Shown: piece after piece, positions 35,975 to 49,447 of the stretch
Layout of the letters: every line of letters begins with the position of its first letter
Position numbering within the stretch: the stretch's first letter is position 1
Origin: Amoebophrya sp. A120
Taxonomy: Eukaryota; Protista; Dinoflagellata
NCBI GenBank assembly: GCA_905178155.1
Contig: CAJINV010000002.1
Location: 372,376 to 436,375, forward strand
DNA: 64,000 bases
Direction of reading: 5' to 3'
Notes under the pieces: model-generated
Told to the model about the DNA's origin: nothing
Databases searched by the model: none
Seen by the model: the letters and a program-made list of their open reading frames with translations, nothing else
Position numbers and translations under genes: made by a program

Positions 35975-38260
35975 GCTTGATGGTGGGGGAATTTTTCGGT
36001 GAGGCTGTTGTTGACGAGTGTAGTTTTTATTCCCGACGGACAGAGATCAATATCTGGGACTAGTGACTTACCGTCAAAAAGAAGTAAAATCTACTCTCTG
36101 CAGATTACCACGAGCGGCCGATGGGCCTGAGTGTGATGGAGAAAAAATACCAGCGTACATAACAAGTAGACACGCACATTAGTACATTTCGTTCGCTCTT
36201 TATGGCCAGATGAAAATTTTGAACGAAAACAAAAGCAGCAAGAAAACGAAGCCGACACAAGGCTTACGGAATCATTGACGTCATGAAGATTCACTCTCTG
36301 TGCATGGTCCTCACTCCTTGTTTTCCATGCGGTTAAAAATTGTTATGTCATCCGATATTAAAGCGTTAGCCTTAGTGGTTCGTTGACAAAACAAAATGTA
36401 GTCCTGTGGGAACAGACTTCAAAAAATAACGATGGACAAAGCTGCAGCGCACCTTCTTCGCGGGATCTGAAGAGCTTCATGAAAACCGAGGCAAAGAACA
36501 ATCTAGCCCCCTGCGCCGAGCGCCGTAGAAGAAGGCATTTCGAAAACAGGAACATCCTTCGAGCCAGCTAAGGAGCAGCGGCAGGAGCGTGTAGAACGAC
36601 TCCCAACATTCTTGGTCGTTCTATGAAAAATCAGCATTCCAAGACCATCTGGATTTTGACCACTTAAAGACATGTTTGTTTGTACGGACTTGCTCAAGAA
36701 GGAATGAGAGAAATAAAACTTAAACTTTAAAAAACTATCGCTTGATATAAAGAGCATCACTACTACATCATCAGAATGTAATATGTTGGTACAACTCGCA
36801 AGCATGCCTTCACGAAAAAGAAATGACGATTTTTTCATCGCGAAAGCACAGCCTCCAACCGCTCTGGTCATGCTCTCCGAGCAGGAAGCGAGTTCTTACC
36901 TCGTTCGGTGCAGCCAAAACCCAACCATAGGGAGATTTCGGTGGGGATGGTGATCTGATGTGGTTTCATTTTAGAATTCATTCCAAACTACTGGAGAAGC
37001 ATTGTAGGCCTATTCACGGCTCAACATCACATGCAGGTATGCCGTATCCTCATCGCAGACTAGCACTTTTCAGGGAATAAAATATACTTGATATAAAAAT
37101 ACCTGAAGCGAAATCTCCTGTCAGCACCCTGCAATTGGGAACTCGAGGTCGCTCCACCATCGCGCGCGATCTGTTCGTGATACGAGCTCGTTGTACCTGT
37201 TACGTTTCTTGGGTGGCGGGGAGAAGAACACGATCAACTGAGTTTGAGTCTTGGCAAATCTTCAAAAGAAGCATGAATGCAAGAACAGCATGACAGACAG
37301 TGACCGCGGTAAATTATATCGATCACGTACGAAGTTCTTGTACCTGCAGGTTCAGACCCGGTGGTTTGGTCGCCGTGTGGTTGTCCGCGTGATAAAGAAA
37401 TCACTTCTTCGTCTGAAAGCACGCTTGTCTCATTGTTCTCATCGGGTTCTTGTAGTAGAAAACGTTCGTTAACTGGTGTCGTAGAGCAACAACACGTTAC
37501 CGGCGAAAACTTTGTTGCTGCGTTGCTCCGAGATCATGATGCAGCTTGTACGTAGGTTCCGAATTCTTAACGTAGAAGTAATTTCGCATCGATTGTCGGT
37601 CCAGATCAAAACCAGGTGTGTGTGCCGTGGTTCTGACGATAATCATCTGCAGGCAAAGCAGGACCTGGTGCAGGAGGTCAGGGAATAAAACCTGAGGTTA
37701 GTTTACAGATTCTTTGACTGATGCTAGATGCAGTGCCGCGATCTTCAGCTACATTCTTCTTGCGCGACCTACTTTGTATATCTGTTGCGTGTGGTTTCCC
37801 GAAAACACGTATTAGTACCGCTCGCGACAGCACCCCTTTCTGGTTCCGTTCGCCCACCGATTCATGAAACAACAACTCAGCTTTCGCCAGGATACTTGTC
37901 GCGTAAAAACAGAAACCACATGTCGCTCGTTCTTCTTGCAAAATATTACTGTACGCCGGTTGTTGTAACACTAGCACATCTTGTTCTCGCTCGATAACAA
38001 TATACTAAAATCCATGGTAGAAGTTTTCCATCCGGCTACGTCATCGATGGTAACAATACCTGTAGGTTTGTGGTTCGTTTTTTTTTGCAGACCTTCTTGA
38101 TTCTCATTTGTGCTTCTTTTGGTGGAAACTTGCTTGATGCGGCTCAGTTTCTGCTAAAAAAAAAAAAAATAACTATGTTATTATACTGAATCTCCTCCGA
38201 AATCCTTCTTGTTGCCCAACAAACAGTGGAACAAATCCTCACTTGTTCACCAGGCTTCCA

Positions 38261-38525
38261 TATCAAATGCAAATATCCCTGGATGTCTGGAAGGATGCGA
38301 ACTTGTCATGCTAAATCTGAAGCATGCAAAAATCTGTGTTGCATGATTACCAAATGTCGTCCAGTTTTGACCAAGTCGGAGGGGAGTTTCTCATGCAGGA
38401 CAGGCATGAGGGGGATCGCACAGATTCTGTCATGCCAGGTCCTGCATTCCAGACCTCATGGGTCATGTAAAAGCTGCATGACAAATCGCGCCTTCTTCCA
38501 GACCCAGACATTTTTACATTTGATA
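38261..38525. mobile_element. Introner family B (host frame unresolved)
   Basis: DR TTCCA/TTCCA. Confidence 0.88.
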
Positions 38526-38596
38526 TTCCAGAATGCATTCGGCAACTATCCACGGAGACGGTCAGACTGCTAGATCACTGCTTGTTCCACAGGCAT

Positions 38597-38858
38597 TATC
38601 AAATGTAAAAATGTCTGGGTCTGGAAGGATGCAAGGTTTGTCATGCACATTTTGCATGACTACTGATGTCTGCGATGCATGCCCTAGCATCACAGATCTT
38701 TTGAGGGCTTTCTCATGCGTATACCGCATGAGAAATGCCCTCTCGCCGCGGCCAAAACCAGACCTCTTTTGCTGTTCGTGCAATACAGATTTTTGGATAA
38801 TGCAGACGCAGCATCACAAGCAGCTTTCTTCCAGACCCAGACATTTTTACACTTGATA
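38597..38858. mobile_element. Introner family B (host frame unresolved)
   Basis: DR GGCAT/GGCAT. Confidence 0.88.
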
Positions 38859-39959
38859 GGCATCTAAAAAATAGTTTCGAACCCGTGGTGGTAAACTGTT
38901 GTGATTTTTACTAGTCTTCGTCTCGTTAAACCTGCTTGCAGCTACAACCACTGAAAGGCGTCTCGTCGTTGTAGAGAAAGCGGTACTACAGTGTGATGAT
39001 GGTACAAGTTCGGTACCTGTAGTGGAGGTTTATTTGTTAGGGTATCTTTGCTCTTCCATGAGAATCCACACTAATTCGGCTCTTTCATCACACAGACAAA
39101 AATGCTAAACACCAACACCAGCACCCAAAGGCGGGGCGTTACTCAGCAAAAGCAGCACAGTACTTACCTTACCTCGTTTTCTTGATGAAACTGATTCTAG
39201 GGCCGGTTGACCTTCACGGTGTTCTTGTACTTGAAGCACATCGTCATGTGAAATGAGAGGAACTTCTGACGCCGGTCGCATCATGCTGTTGAAGACTCGC
39301 AAAACGTAACTTGAACTTCAGCTTATTTCCCGACTCGCGCACTGCAGCTCCACTTCTTGTTTCACAACGCAATTTGTCATGATGATACTGCACTGGAGGT
39401 GCCGGTCGTCATGGACGTGCTTCTTTGTTCTTGTAAAAAAAATCTGTGCTGTCGGCGTCACATAGAGGAGGAAATAAACGCGGTCTTCAGAATATTTTTC
39501 GCCGGAACTAGTACTGTTGATGTGCTTCTGCAACTACGTCGACTACCGGTCAAGGACGGTACTTGATGTTGATCCTGATCGTCGTGACGAGGGCAGATCT
39601 GATAATATTTTGTGGTGTTTGTAGTCCACGCTACGTGTATGTGTATGCATGAGATCAGAAGTCAATCTGTTCTTGCATGACAATACTACGACGTTGAGAA
39701 AAACACCAGAAGCACAAAAAAAAATCTATAAATACCTCACTCTCATGTTGTCCATTGGTCAAAAAACCCAAATCCTGTAGCTACGTAGCACCGTCGATAT
39801 TTTTCCAAAAACTCCGCTAAAACTCCTCCGAAATTTTCGCCATTCATTTGTTACATGAAATCACGCTTAGTACAAAAGGATGTCTTGCTGATATAAAAGG
39901 TCTCGAAATACTAGAAGTACTCCAGGTTGTACTGCTGTTTCTCCTCCTCCTCTTCCTCT

Positions 39960-42083
39960 ACTGACACAAAGCGGCCGGTTTTGCTAGCGGCACGGTGATG
40001 CGATACAGCTCTTGGATTTTCGGAGACAGGCGGGTGATATCAAATGCAAAAGTATCGTACTCGTATAAATGCATTACAAATTTTCTCAGCATGAGAAATA
40101 AAATTTGTATATGCTGATTTGCCTTGACAAAGAAATTTGTAATGCAAGACCTGCATTTATACGAGTACGATACTTTTGCACAGCATAGGTTAAGTCAAAG
40201 CCCGCTTCGATGCCCTGCTGTTTGCTCCAGGTTACACGGAAAAAGACCTGCGGTTTAATAATTTGAACAAGTGCAATAAGTAGATGCATCACAACCTACT
40301 TGATGTAGTCCCTTTTTGTAGATGCAAATTTGTGGATGGGGCCACTTGTTCCATCGAAGCTTCACGCAAAAAAATCAAAACGAAGTTGTGAAAATAAATC
40401 ACACGACAGTTGTACCATGTCCCCCACTTCCAGGTCAATATCGCAGTACATCACTCTAACTCTTTCCTCCTCGACAGAAGTCTCCGGTAGCAGGTTGTGC
40501 TTCTTCAAAAACTGCTCATCCCGACTGGCAAATTTGTACCGTGCTAGCTGGTTGTGGTACAGCACCGCATAAGCTAGCGAGTCGACGTAAACTTCCTTCG
40601 AAGAAAGTCTCCCGCCGAGGGAATTTTCGTTTTTCCGGACGACTTTTCCGACGAAGGTGGTCGTAGTTTCGATGGAAAGGAAGATGTCGGGCTTGATCCG
40701 CAGAAGTTGCTTCATCTGGGGTGGTTGTAGGGTAGTACGAGATGAAGTGCAGAAAGGATGAGCTTGTTGTAGTTCCTTTTCGACCTGAAACTGCACAACC
40801 TGGACTTCGATTCCTCGTCCGCTTTGTTCGTCTACCGACAATGTAACACTGGTCGTTTTGTCAAATAAAATCGTCGAAAGCTGCAGGGCTTCTTCTTCGC
40901 TGCTACTTCTGTTGTGGTGAAAGTCGTCATTCACCGCGGTCGCACCTCCAGCAGCAGCAGCAACAGTCCCGTTGAATTCAAATTTCTTTTCTAAAAACAG
41001 ATTTTCCGTATCGTTCGAATAGATCGAGATAATTTCGTTTTTCTTCATGTTTATGTTTTCACCAGCAGCAAGAAGAGTGGTGGAAAATAACCCCCCGGCG
41101 TTCTCGGGTGTGGAAGTAGCTCTCGCAGAAGTAGAAGACGTCGCCGCTAATTGTGAAACAACTGGTGTTCTAATATCTGCTGCTTTCTCGGGAAGGTGTC
41201 CTCCTCTTGCTGCTGTTGATACAGCTGTCAATGTCGTTGTAAAAAAATTGTCGCTTGATGGTAGTTCATCTTCTGTGTAGTAGTTGTCCAGACTGCTCAG
41301 CTTCTTCTCCCCGAAGATGAACTTCGCACAGTTGTTCGAATTAGAATTATTCGAACTCCCGCCCGGCGGCCCGGGATGAACAAACCACCCGGAGAAATAC
41401 ACACTCGGGTCGAAACAACTAATAGTCTGGACGGGTAAGATTCTTTTCTCGATCGGGAAAAAATGCGCGGGGCGTGGGGGCGGCTTGACCGGGTTGTAGG
41501 TGGGTGGCGGCTGTTTAGTCGGCAACTGTTGTTTAGGTAGTTGTTCATCTCCTGCAGGGTTTATTTTGTGTTTTTTCCCCTGCTTGTCAGCTACACTGTG
41601 TGCAGCAGGCTCGAGAGTAGCATTTTCAACCACTGCAGTTGGTGACAGGGAGACGTCATGAGAGGAAGAGCGACGGGTCGTGTGAATTTTTGCTGGCGGT
41701 CGTCCACCTGGTGAAAACGCGGTGGGACGAGATGGAGAAGTTCGTGGTGATGAAACACGTTCAAATGCTCCTGATTGATGATGTACTAGTTTTGAATCAG
41801 AATCAGCACGCAATTTTTCGTCTCGTGTCGGTAGTGGTGCAGCGTCGTCCATGACAACGTCACCTTCGCTCGTGCTGATTCTTCTTCTATTCCTTTTCGA
41901 TTCTTTCTCATTTTCACAATTTATTTCGTCGAAAATAAATTCTTGACCCATCGGAGGATCTTCAGAAATTGTAGTTTCCCGGTCCGATCGGCGGCGCCGC
42001 GGGGTGCCACGGCTTCCCGGGGACCGCCCCCTTTGTTCCGGCGGCCTGCTGAGCAGCGTATTGCTGGTGCTGGTGTGCGGCAA
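39960..42083 (-). CDS. Hypothetical protein, long first exon; 3' structure unresolved
   Basis: 573-aa ORF 40362-42083 (first ATG near 41951, MGQEFIF). Downstream exon HLLIALVQIIKPQVFF...FDLT|RLSPKIQELYRITVP is joined across element 40038-40187. Confidence 0.55.
40038..40187. mobile_element. Introner family A
   Basis: DR GGTGA/GGTTA. Confidence 0.9.
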
Positions 42084-45000
42084 ACTGCTGCTGCTGCATG
42101 GCGACGGCCGCGGGGTTAACGACCGCTCCTTTTCCGGGCCAGAAGCCGGTTTTATTCCAAGAGAGAAGACCAGTCCTCCGGAAAATTATAATTTCATTTT
42201 AGACATGTACTAATGCAGCTCGTCCACCAAGTAAGAAAATTGTCATGCAACAAGGAACGGGGGTCTGTGCATGTGAAAAGAAAAACGTGAACGTCGTTCT
42301 CATGCCAAAAAAAGTTCATGGCCATGAAAATATCCGCATTAATATTTCCGCGATGAACTGCGATTTTCTTCCCTGCCGTAAGATACATGCCCGCTGCGCC
42401 CATCGCGGCCATTCCCTTCTGCGCCATAGCTGCTTGCTGCATGGCCATTTGCTGGTGCTGTTGGACCTGCATTTGCTGCTGGTACTGCATTTGTTGCTGA
42501 AACGCAGCCTGCTGCTCGGGACTCGGCATAGTAGTGTGCTGCGAAGCTTGGTTCGTGGTCCCTATCTTCTTACCGCTTTGGCTGTGTGGACCTGCAGCAC
42601 CTTTCTGCTCACCCTTCATCTTCTCGTTAATCAACCCTCGCAACGCGACCGCCCCGACACCGCCCCGGGTTCCATTGGCCGCGCCGTTGGAGGAACTGGC
42701 AGAGCTTGTCGCACTACTGCTAGACGCGGAGAGCTGCGAGGCGAGCTGTAGGAAGTAGATGAGGAGCTACTTTGTCATTCGCAATTTGGATTTGGTGCTG
42801 AAACTCAATGCGATAATTTTTCATGCAGATCACAATCATAGCCATAGCGTGAGTTTTATCATCTTCAACTTCAATATGAATCACACTACCTGTGCCTTGA
42901 AGTCCACCTTTCCGTCCTTTCGCCAGGCCGGGATGAATTCTTGTGCGTCTGGCGACATCGGAGTCCCGGGGCTCCCACACTTATCGATCGCCTTGCCAAT
43001 CGCCGTTTTGTGCCAGTCGCCTGGCAAACTCGCCGCGGTGTTCGGGTTGATTTTGGTTTTGTAGGCCCCGGTCCAGTCGGTTTCTACCTGTTTCGCGGCG
43101 TTATCATCCCCCTCGTCCACCATAAAACTCCCCGCTTTCGTGCGCATTTCGGTGATGTTTATGCTCGTGTTGGATTTTTGCGAGGTTGTCGTTTCCGCAC
43201 CGGTGGTGGCGGATAAGACTTGCTGCTGCAGCTGCTCGTCGTGGTTTATAATTTCTGCCTCAATTTCTGCAAAAATAATGTCGTTCTCAATACCACTGGT
43301 GTTGGCAACTGGAGTGGATTCGATAATTAACCTTTGCTCCTTTGGCCTGGCGTCAGAAGCTGTCTGTAGTTCTTCATGTAGTACATCGTCGGTCGTTAAG
43401 GGCAGTTCGAGTTTTGTCGTCTGCTTCACCGGACTAAATTCCAACAAATCTTGGTCTGGCGAAATACCTGGTGTAGGTGTGGTCTATGAGTTGCAAAAGT
43501 ATCGTATTCGTATAAATGCATTGCAAGAAATTTCCTCAGCGTGAGAAATGAAATTTGTAATGCGGATTTGCTTTCAGAAAAAAATTTGTAATGCATGATT
43601 GCAATACGAGTACGATACTTTTGCACAGGATATGGTCGTCGTTGTAACAATGTTCAACATCTCCATATTTTTGATAACTTCTTCCGTGGTCTGGTCAGCT
43701 GCATTTTGGTCATCATCGTCGGTGGCCCCCGCGATAATTTCCGGAGCTGCAAGATGAATTATCGGTTCCTCCGACTGGTTTTCATCCGGAACAGCAAGGA
43801 CTGCTTGCGGTTCTTGCTCTTTCATCATCTCTTTGTCCTTACTAGCTTTCGTCCTGCGAGCCGTTTTCGGTTTCAAATTGAAAAGGCCAAATCCTGCTGA
43901 CAATTGCTGCTGTGGTGCTGGAGAGGGGATTTCCGCTTCGGTTTCTTTCTGCTCGTCTTCCTGAACATTATGCTCTACTTCATTTTTCGTCGTTTCCTTG
44001 GGTTTTGAAAAAATTCCGTTTGTTGTAGTACTATTGTTTGCAGGAGCTGCTCCGTCTTCATCCAAATTGTTGTTGACAACTTCCTGCTCGGCGTCGGCCG
44101 TAACTAGTTCATCCGCGGCAGCAGCAGCAGCAGCCGCTGCGGCATCAATTGCCGCTTCGACGGTTTCGGTGGAGTGCTCTTCCTTCAAACCCTCTTCCTC
44201 GACAATTTCAGCGTCGGCCTTTATTTCCGCTACCGGAACTGCTTCCGTGGCTTCTTCTTGTGCCGCAACTTCATCTACTTCCGGAGTTTTATGCAATGCA
44301 AAAGCATTGCATCGTACTAGTATAAATTGCATTACAAATTGACTTCGCATTACAAATTGAATTTGTAATGCGGATTTGCCTTAAGAAAAAGATTTGTAAT
44401 GCATAAACGCAATTAGTACGAGTACGATACTTTTGCACAGGATAAGTTTTTTGGTTGATCAAATCCGGCGAAGCGTTCTGGGATAAAGAAGAGATGGAAC
44501 TTTCCTGTGTTGTTTTTATTTTGAATCTGTCATGCATATATTGCATTTGATGAATTATTGCGAGACTTATATGCTCATGCCGCACGTCCGCCGCAAAAAA
44601 ACGAACAGAATACTGATGTACCAAAGAAACCACAAGTACTTATATACCGCTGAGGATTGTTCCTTCCCCACAACTTTCTCATCTTCCTGCCCCATGATCC
44701 ATTCATCTTCTACAGAAGTCGTGATTTCCGGCGCAGCTCTGCTTCTACAGAAGTACGTGAGTCGTGCTTCGGCTTCCGCTGTAACATCACCGCCGTTGAT
44801 GAAAGTTTCCTCTTTGTTCTCAGCAATCGCATCACTGCTTTCCGCACCGTGTTCTTGATTTTCGTTTTCCTCGATGGAACCAGTTCCAATTGTGGCTTGC
44901 GGCTGCTCGCCCACTTCTTCTACGTTTGGCTCAGCAAGAACATTTTCAACTGCAACTGCTGTGGCAACCTATCAACAGCAAATATGTCGGGGTCTGGAAG

Positions 45001-48000
45001 GATGTGAAGTCGTGAGGCGCATTTCACAACACACACAAATCTCTCATGGATAGGCAGCAAAAGATGCCCACTTCCTGTCCCAAAAGGGAGAAATTTGTCA
45101 TGCGGATTAGCCATTGCAGAGCCTTCTCGAAGCCTGTGATGCCAGGGCTTCCATGCTAGACCTCCTGTGTGACACAGGAGGTCTAGCTGTTTTTGCATGA
45201 CACAGTGTCATGCAAAAACAGCATGACATCTTCCGGACCCAGACATATTTGCAATGCGTACAACTTCCTCGGCAACAATTTCCGCTTCCTTCACCACGGT
45301 TTCCAACGATGAATTAGCCGTGATGGGGGATACGCTCGGAATAGAGCGAGATGGGAAGCCGTGATGGGAAGCCGTGATGTCCCCGCCAGACGAGCGTATC
45401 CAACAGAAAAAAACCATCCCCATGCATTTTTTGCATGACAAACACAGGATACTTTATGCAGGTTTTGCATGACAAATTGGATGAGGATGGGTCTTTTTCT
45501 CTGGAATAGACCGAGACGCTTCCACGTTCCAGCCGTAATTGTAGGCGGAACTGCTGTTTTTGTCCGCATCAAAATCCTCCCCTCGTTCCCGCGCGAGGTC
45601 GTCGATGCCGGGGAGGTTGTAGTTCACGTCCGGGCTGGATAACAGACTTTCCGAGTATGCATTGCAAAAGCATCGTACTAGTAGAAATCGCATTACAAAT
45701 TCAGTCATCATGACAAATGGAATTTGTCATGCTGTTTTACCTTCGGATGGAAATTTGTAATGCACGATTGCGATATACTACGAGTACGATACTTTTGCAC
45801 AGGATACCGAGGCGGCAATCGCAATGTCCTTGTCCTCTTTTTCGAACTGGTCGTTAATGGACTGCTCCTGCGCGATTTGAAGTTCGATTTGCGCGAGTTT
45901 TTCCAGGTCGGACTCTTCAAGCTCGAACCCAGCTTCTTGTCCGTCTTGATCTTGTTCAACTTCTCCGTCTTCCAGAACCGCTTGTTCGCCTTTTCCCTCG
46001 TCCTGGTCATCATTATACTCCTGCAACTGAATCTGCTCCGCGTTCCATTGGGCCCATTCCTCCTCTGTGTACTCAGGCGCAACACTTCCGCTCAGTTCCG
46101 AAGCCGGTATCACCACCGCACACCCGTCACCCAACTCCTGCACAACGCCACCAGTGTCGGTCAAAGAGCCGGAAAGCAAAGAATTGTTGTTCCCTCCGGG
46201 CGCGTTGTTGAAGCTGTAGATGTAGAGAGGATTGATATTATTCTCCTGTTCTCCTTGACCTTCGGGATGATCTGCTGCTCGTTCCTGCTCTTCCAAGGCC
46301 TGTCTCTCTTCCTCCTCCTCCTTTTCCTCCCTTTGCGTTTATGCACATGGGGCAAATGGGTTCTAGTCGGACTAGTAGTTGTGCAAATCGCATGACAATT
46401 CTTTTACAAGAAAATTTGTAATGCTGTTTTAGGTTTGGACGGGTATTTCTCATGCGGTATTAGCACGAGTATAGTACGAGTCCGACGAGTAGACTTTTGC
46501 CATGCATAGCTTTGCTTCCTTCTCCATCTTGTTCATTTCGTTCCACTTTTCCTTTGCGGCTTTTGCCATCGACATCAGCATTTCTTGCTGCTCCTTGGTG
46601 GCTATCCTGTTCAAAAGTATCGTGCTCGTAGTAATCGCGATTATGCATCACAAATCTACTTTGTTAAGGTAAGTCCGCCTTTACAAATTCAATTTGTAAT
46701 CCTGAGCCAATTTGTATTGCAATTTATACTCGTACGATGCTTTTGCAATGCATAGTTGCTCCTTTAGTAGCCAGCTCCCTTGTGAGAAACTCCATAAACT
46801 CCATCTTATCGTCTTCGTCGTCAGTGGAAGTTGCGTCGCCCTTCGGATGATGCGCGGCAGATTGTGCAGCACTACTTGTCACGTGATGATCCTCGCTCGC
46901 TGCCGCCGTGGATTTCGTGCTCTTTGCACTTCTATCAAATGTAAAAACGTCTGGGTCTGGAAGAGTCATGCTGTTTTTGCATGACACAGAAGGGCTGGAA
47001 TGGAAGCTCTAGCATCACAGGTTTCGAGAAGCTTTCGCAATGCCGAATCCGCATGACAAATCCCCCATTTTGGTGACAGAAAGTGGAGAGCTTTTGCTGC
47101 CTATGCATGAGAGATTTTTCTGTGTTCTGAAATGCGCATCACAAGTTTGCATTCTTCCAGATCCAGACATTTTTGCATTTGATAACTTCCCCAACCCCGG
47201 TTTGCAGGAGCTCCTGTCATGTTTAGGATGTCTTCCTCATCTTCATCCTCGTCGGAGTCATTCAGACCGAAGTGATCCTTGGCGTAGGAAGAAGAGGATG
47301 TTTTTATGTGGTTTTTACTGCTAGAGGAACCTCGTGGTGTTGGATCCAGATTGTAAGCATCCCTCCGCTCCTTCCACTCCGAGCCCCAATCGGTATTAGA
47401 CGAAGAGGAAGGTTTATCGCAAGAAAAAACTGTTTCACTGTGATCGTGATGGTTTTGCAAGATCTGCATCACAAGTTTGCTACACCTACCACAGAAAATT
47501 TGTCATGCGCGTTTCCCAAGGGAAAACACGCCTAAAAATCCGTTTTGTTGCAGGTGTAGCAAGACAAACACTCTGGTGGTTCGCTCTCTGCATCACAGGT
47601 TCACAGTGAAATAGTTTTTTCTTGCGATAAGGTTGGTTCGAGGGCGTAGAAGAGGATGTGTTGTAATTTCGACTACTGCTACTGCTGCTGGTCATATTTT
47701 TGTTGTTGTCGTAGTTCCAAGATGAATTTTTATCGCTTTTGTCCTCCTTATTTTTCCAAGACGATCCCCAGTCATTATTCCAGGATGAAGAAGACGAGCT
47801 CCTTTCGCTTTTTCGGTCGCTGTTCCATATTACAATGAAAAATGCCTCCACGCCGGGCATTGCAAAAGCTTCTCATGCAAAGTTTCCAAGTGAAAGCTTT
47901 TTGTCTTGCAAGAAGGGACTACGAGCCTTTCTGATGCAGAATTTAGCTGCGCAACAAGGTATCTTTTGCATAACAGGCCCGGCTACTGTTGGGCTCCTTT

Positions 48001-49447
48001 GCAACACAGATTTGAGCTATGTATAAATTCAGCATGGAAAATTTGCGATGCTGATATATGCAAGACGGGGAATGTTTCTATTGGAAAGATTTGCAATACA
48101 AATGTTGCCAAGTTCTGGGGCGGGGGCGTTTTTCATTGGAATATCCCATTTCTTGTCATTATCCCAACTAGTACCCTTGTTGTCTTTCCACGAAGATGAC
48201 CAGTCGTCGTTTTTTTTCGAGCTGCTGTTCTTCTTACCCCAGTTATCCCAATCGTCATCGCTGTCCTTATTTCTGCTTTTCCAGGAGGAAGACTTCTTGG
48301 TGGAATTCCTATTCCCCCATCCATCGTCGTCGTCGTCTTCGTCCACAGCGGGTAATCTTCTCGGAGCGGTTCCTCTACTCGTGGTCCTTGCCGCGGCGGG
48401 AGTGGGCGTGGGTTCAGCCGCAGCAGCCTCAGGAGCCGGAGTCGGTGCCGCCGCGGGCTGCCTGTTGTTTGTTCCGGCTTCCTGCAACGCTCTTTGCGCT
48501 TCCGCGAGCGCGTTAGGGTCCGCGGGCCGCTTGCCGAAGGCGACTAATTTGGATATCATCTTCATTTTCTCGGCTTGGATTTCCCGCGCGGATTTAATCT
48601 TGTTCCCGTCCTCGTCCACCTTCGGTTTACCTGTTTCATTCAACGACCGCTGGTTCGGGTTGGGCTTTCCTCTTTTTAGTTATAAAAGTGCACAATTCCC
48701 CCTGCCCCTCATTTGTATGGCATGCACAGCAACATAAACACCAGTGCACATGGAGCCTATGCATGACAAATCTATGTACCGAGTGTAGTACAACTGTTTG
48801 GGCTTCGGGAATTCGTCATGTGAACAGTTGTGCCACAAGGGAGCGACTCGATTCGGGATTTTGCATGACAAATGAGGGGAAGTAGGGGGGGTTGTGCACT
48901 GTCATATCAGTTCCTCCCGAATTTGGACGCGCTCCGCCTTTTTTTTCGCGTCCATTGCCTGTTGCCGGAACTTCGGGTCGTTTTTATACTTCGGTTGGTC
49001 ATACCAGGGGATATCCGAAGATCCCTTGCCTTTTCCCTTATCCTTTTCGCCACTCGAGGTCTTGCTAGTACCCCCAGATGATGAAGATGAGCTTTTTCCT
49101 GCCGGGGCCTTCGCTTGTTTCCCCTTGGCTTTGCCGCTTGATTTACTTCCTTTAGAAGAAGAAGACGCGCTGTTCGCGACCACCGGGCGGAGCAACGTCC
49201 TGTCCACTTTTTTCGTTCCCGCCTCGCGCTTGGTCGCGGAAAGTCGCTTGATGTCCGCCATAATCCTGGCTCGCTCCGTCCACCCGAGGCCCGGGGCGTG
49301 GAGGCGCTCGTTTAAGAGGTCGAGCTCCGATCGACCCCGTCCGGGAATTCCAACCGTGCTGGTGGTCGGAGCGGAATTTGGAGTGGGGGGCTCCTCGCGG
49401 CCCCCCTCAGACGGGGAATTACTCCCGGTGTCGATGTGGAGTGCCAT
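41962..49447 (-). CDS. Large disordered protein with a Trp-rich region, two UIM-like motifs, a PAM2-like motif and a Gln-rich C-terminus; 11 introners plus 2-3 GT-AG introns
   Basis: All ORF fragments from 48902-49447 down to 42194-42643 join in frame on removing 11 elements plus DR and GT-AG introns 44505-44647 and 42746-42889. The last junction (42176-42386) and the stop at 41962 are tentative. Confidence 0.8.
42746..42889 (-). other. Canonical GT-AG intron
   Basis: CAG|GTAGTG..CCTACAG|CTC; joins two ORFs in frame. Confidence 0.75.
43485..43632. mobile_element. Introner family A
   Basis: DR TGGTC/TGGTC. Confidence 0.92.
44290..44444. mobile_element. Introner family A
   Basis: DR AGTTT/AGTTT; removing 160 nt restores INQKT|PEVDE. 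Confidence 0.92.
44505..44647 (-). other. Canonical GT-AG intron
   Basis: GCG|GTATAT..AACACAG|GAA; in-frame join. Confidence 0.7.
44970..45260. mobile_element. Introner family B
   Basis: DR CAACC/CAACT; removing 296 nt restores the frame. Confidence 0.9.
45397..45508. mobile_element. Short introner (H-like, 112 bp)
   Basis: TATCCAACAGAAAAAAACCATCC / GGATGGGTCTTTTTCTCTGGAATA; DR GAGCG/GACCG. Confidence 0.82.
45656..45806. mobile_element. Introner family A
   Basis: DR CCGAG/CCGAG. Confidence 0.92.
46340..46508. mobile_element. Introner, A-like and degenerate
   Basis: TATGCACATGGGGCAAA / TTTTGCCATGCATA; DR GCGTT/GCTTT; frame restored. Confidence 0.8.
46603..46754. mobile_element. Introner family A (reverse orientation)
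   Basis: DR GTGGC/GTTGC. Confidence 0.9.
46933..47184. mobile_element. Introner family B
   Basis: DR ACTTC/ACTTC. Confidence 0.92.
47415..47629. mobile_element. Introner family H
   Basis: TIR TATCGCAAGAAAAAACTGTTTCACTGTGA; DR AGGTT/AGGTT. Confidence 0.93.
47828..48143. mobile_element. Introner family D
   Basis: DR TTCCA/TCCCA. Confidence 0.9.
48681..48906. mobile_element. Introner family E
   Basis: DR TTAGT/TCAGT. Confidence 0.9.

Noticed and set aside
39000-40600. MCM-like assignment for the 40-42 kb gene
   Set aside because: Only vague resemblance (LEVGDMVQL, LMEEQ); no Walker motifs and the exon structure is unresolved.
46509-46830. HMG-box-like segment (AAKEKWNEM)
   Set aside because: Too short; equally explained by a charged helix.
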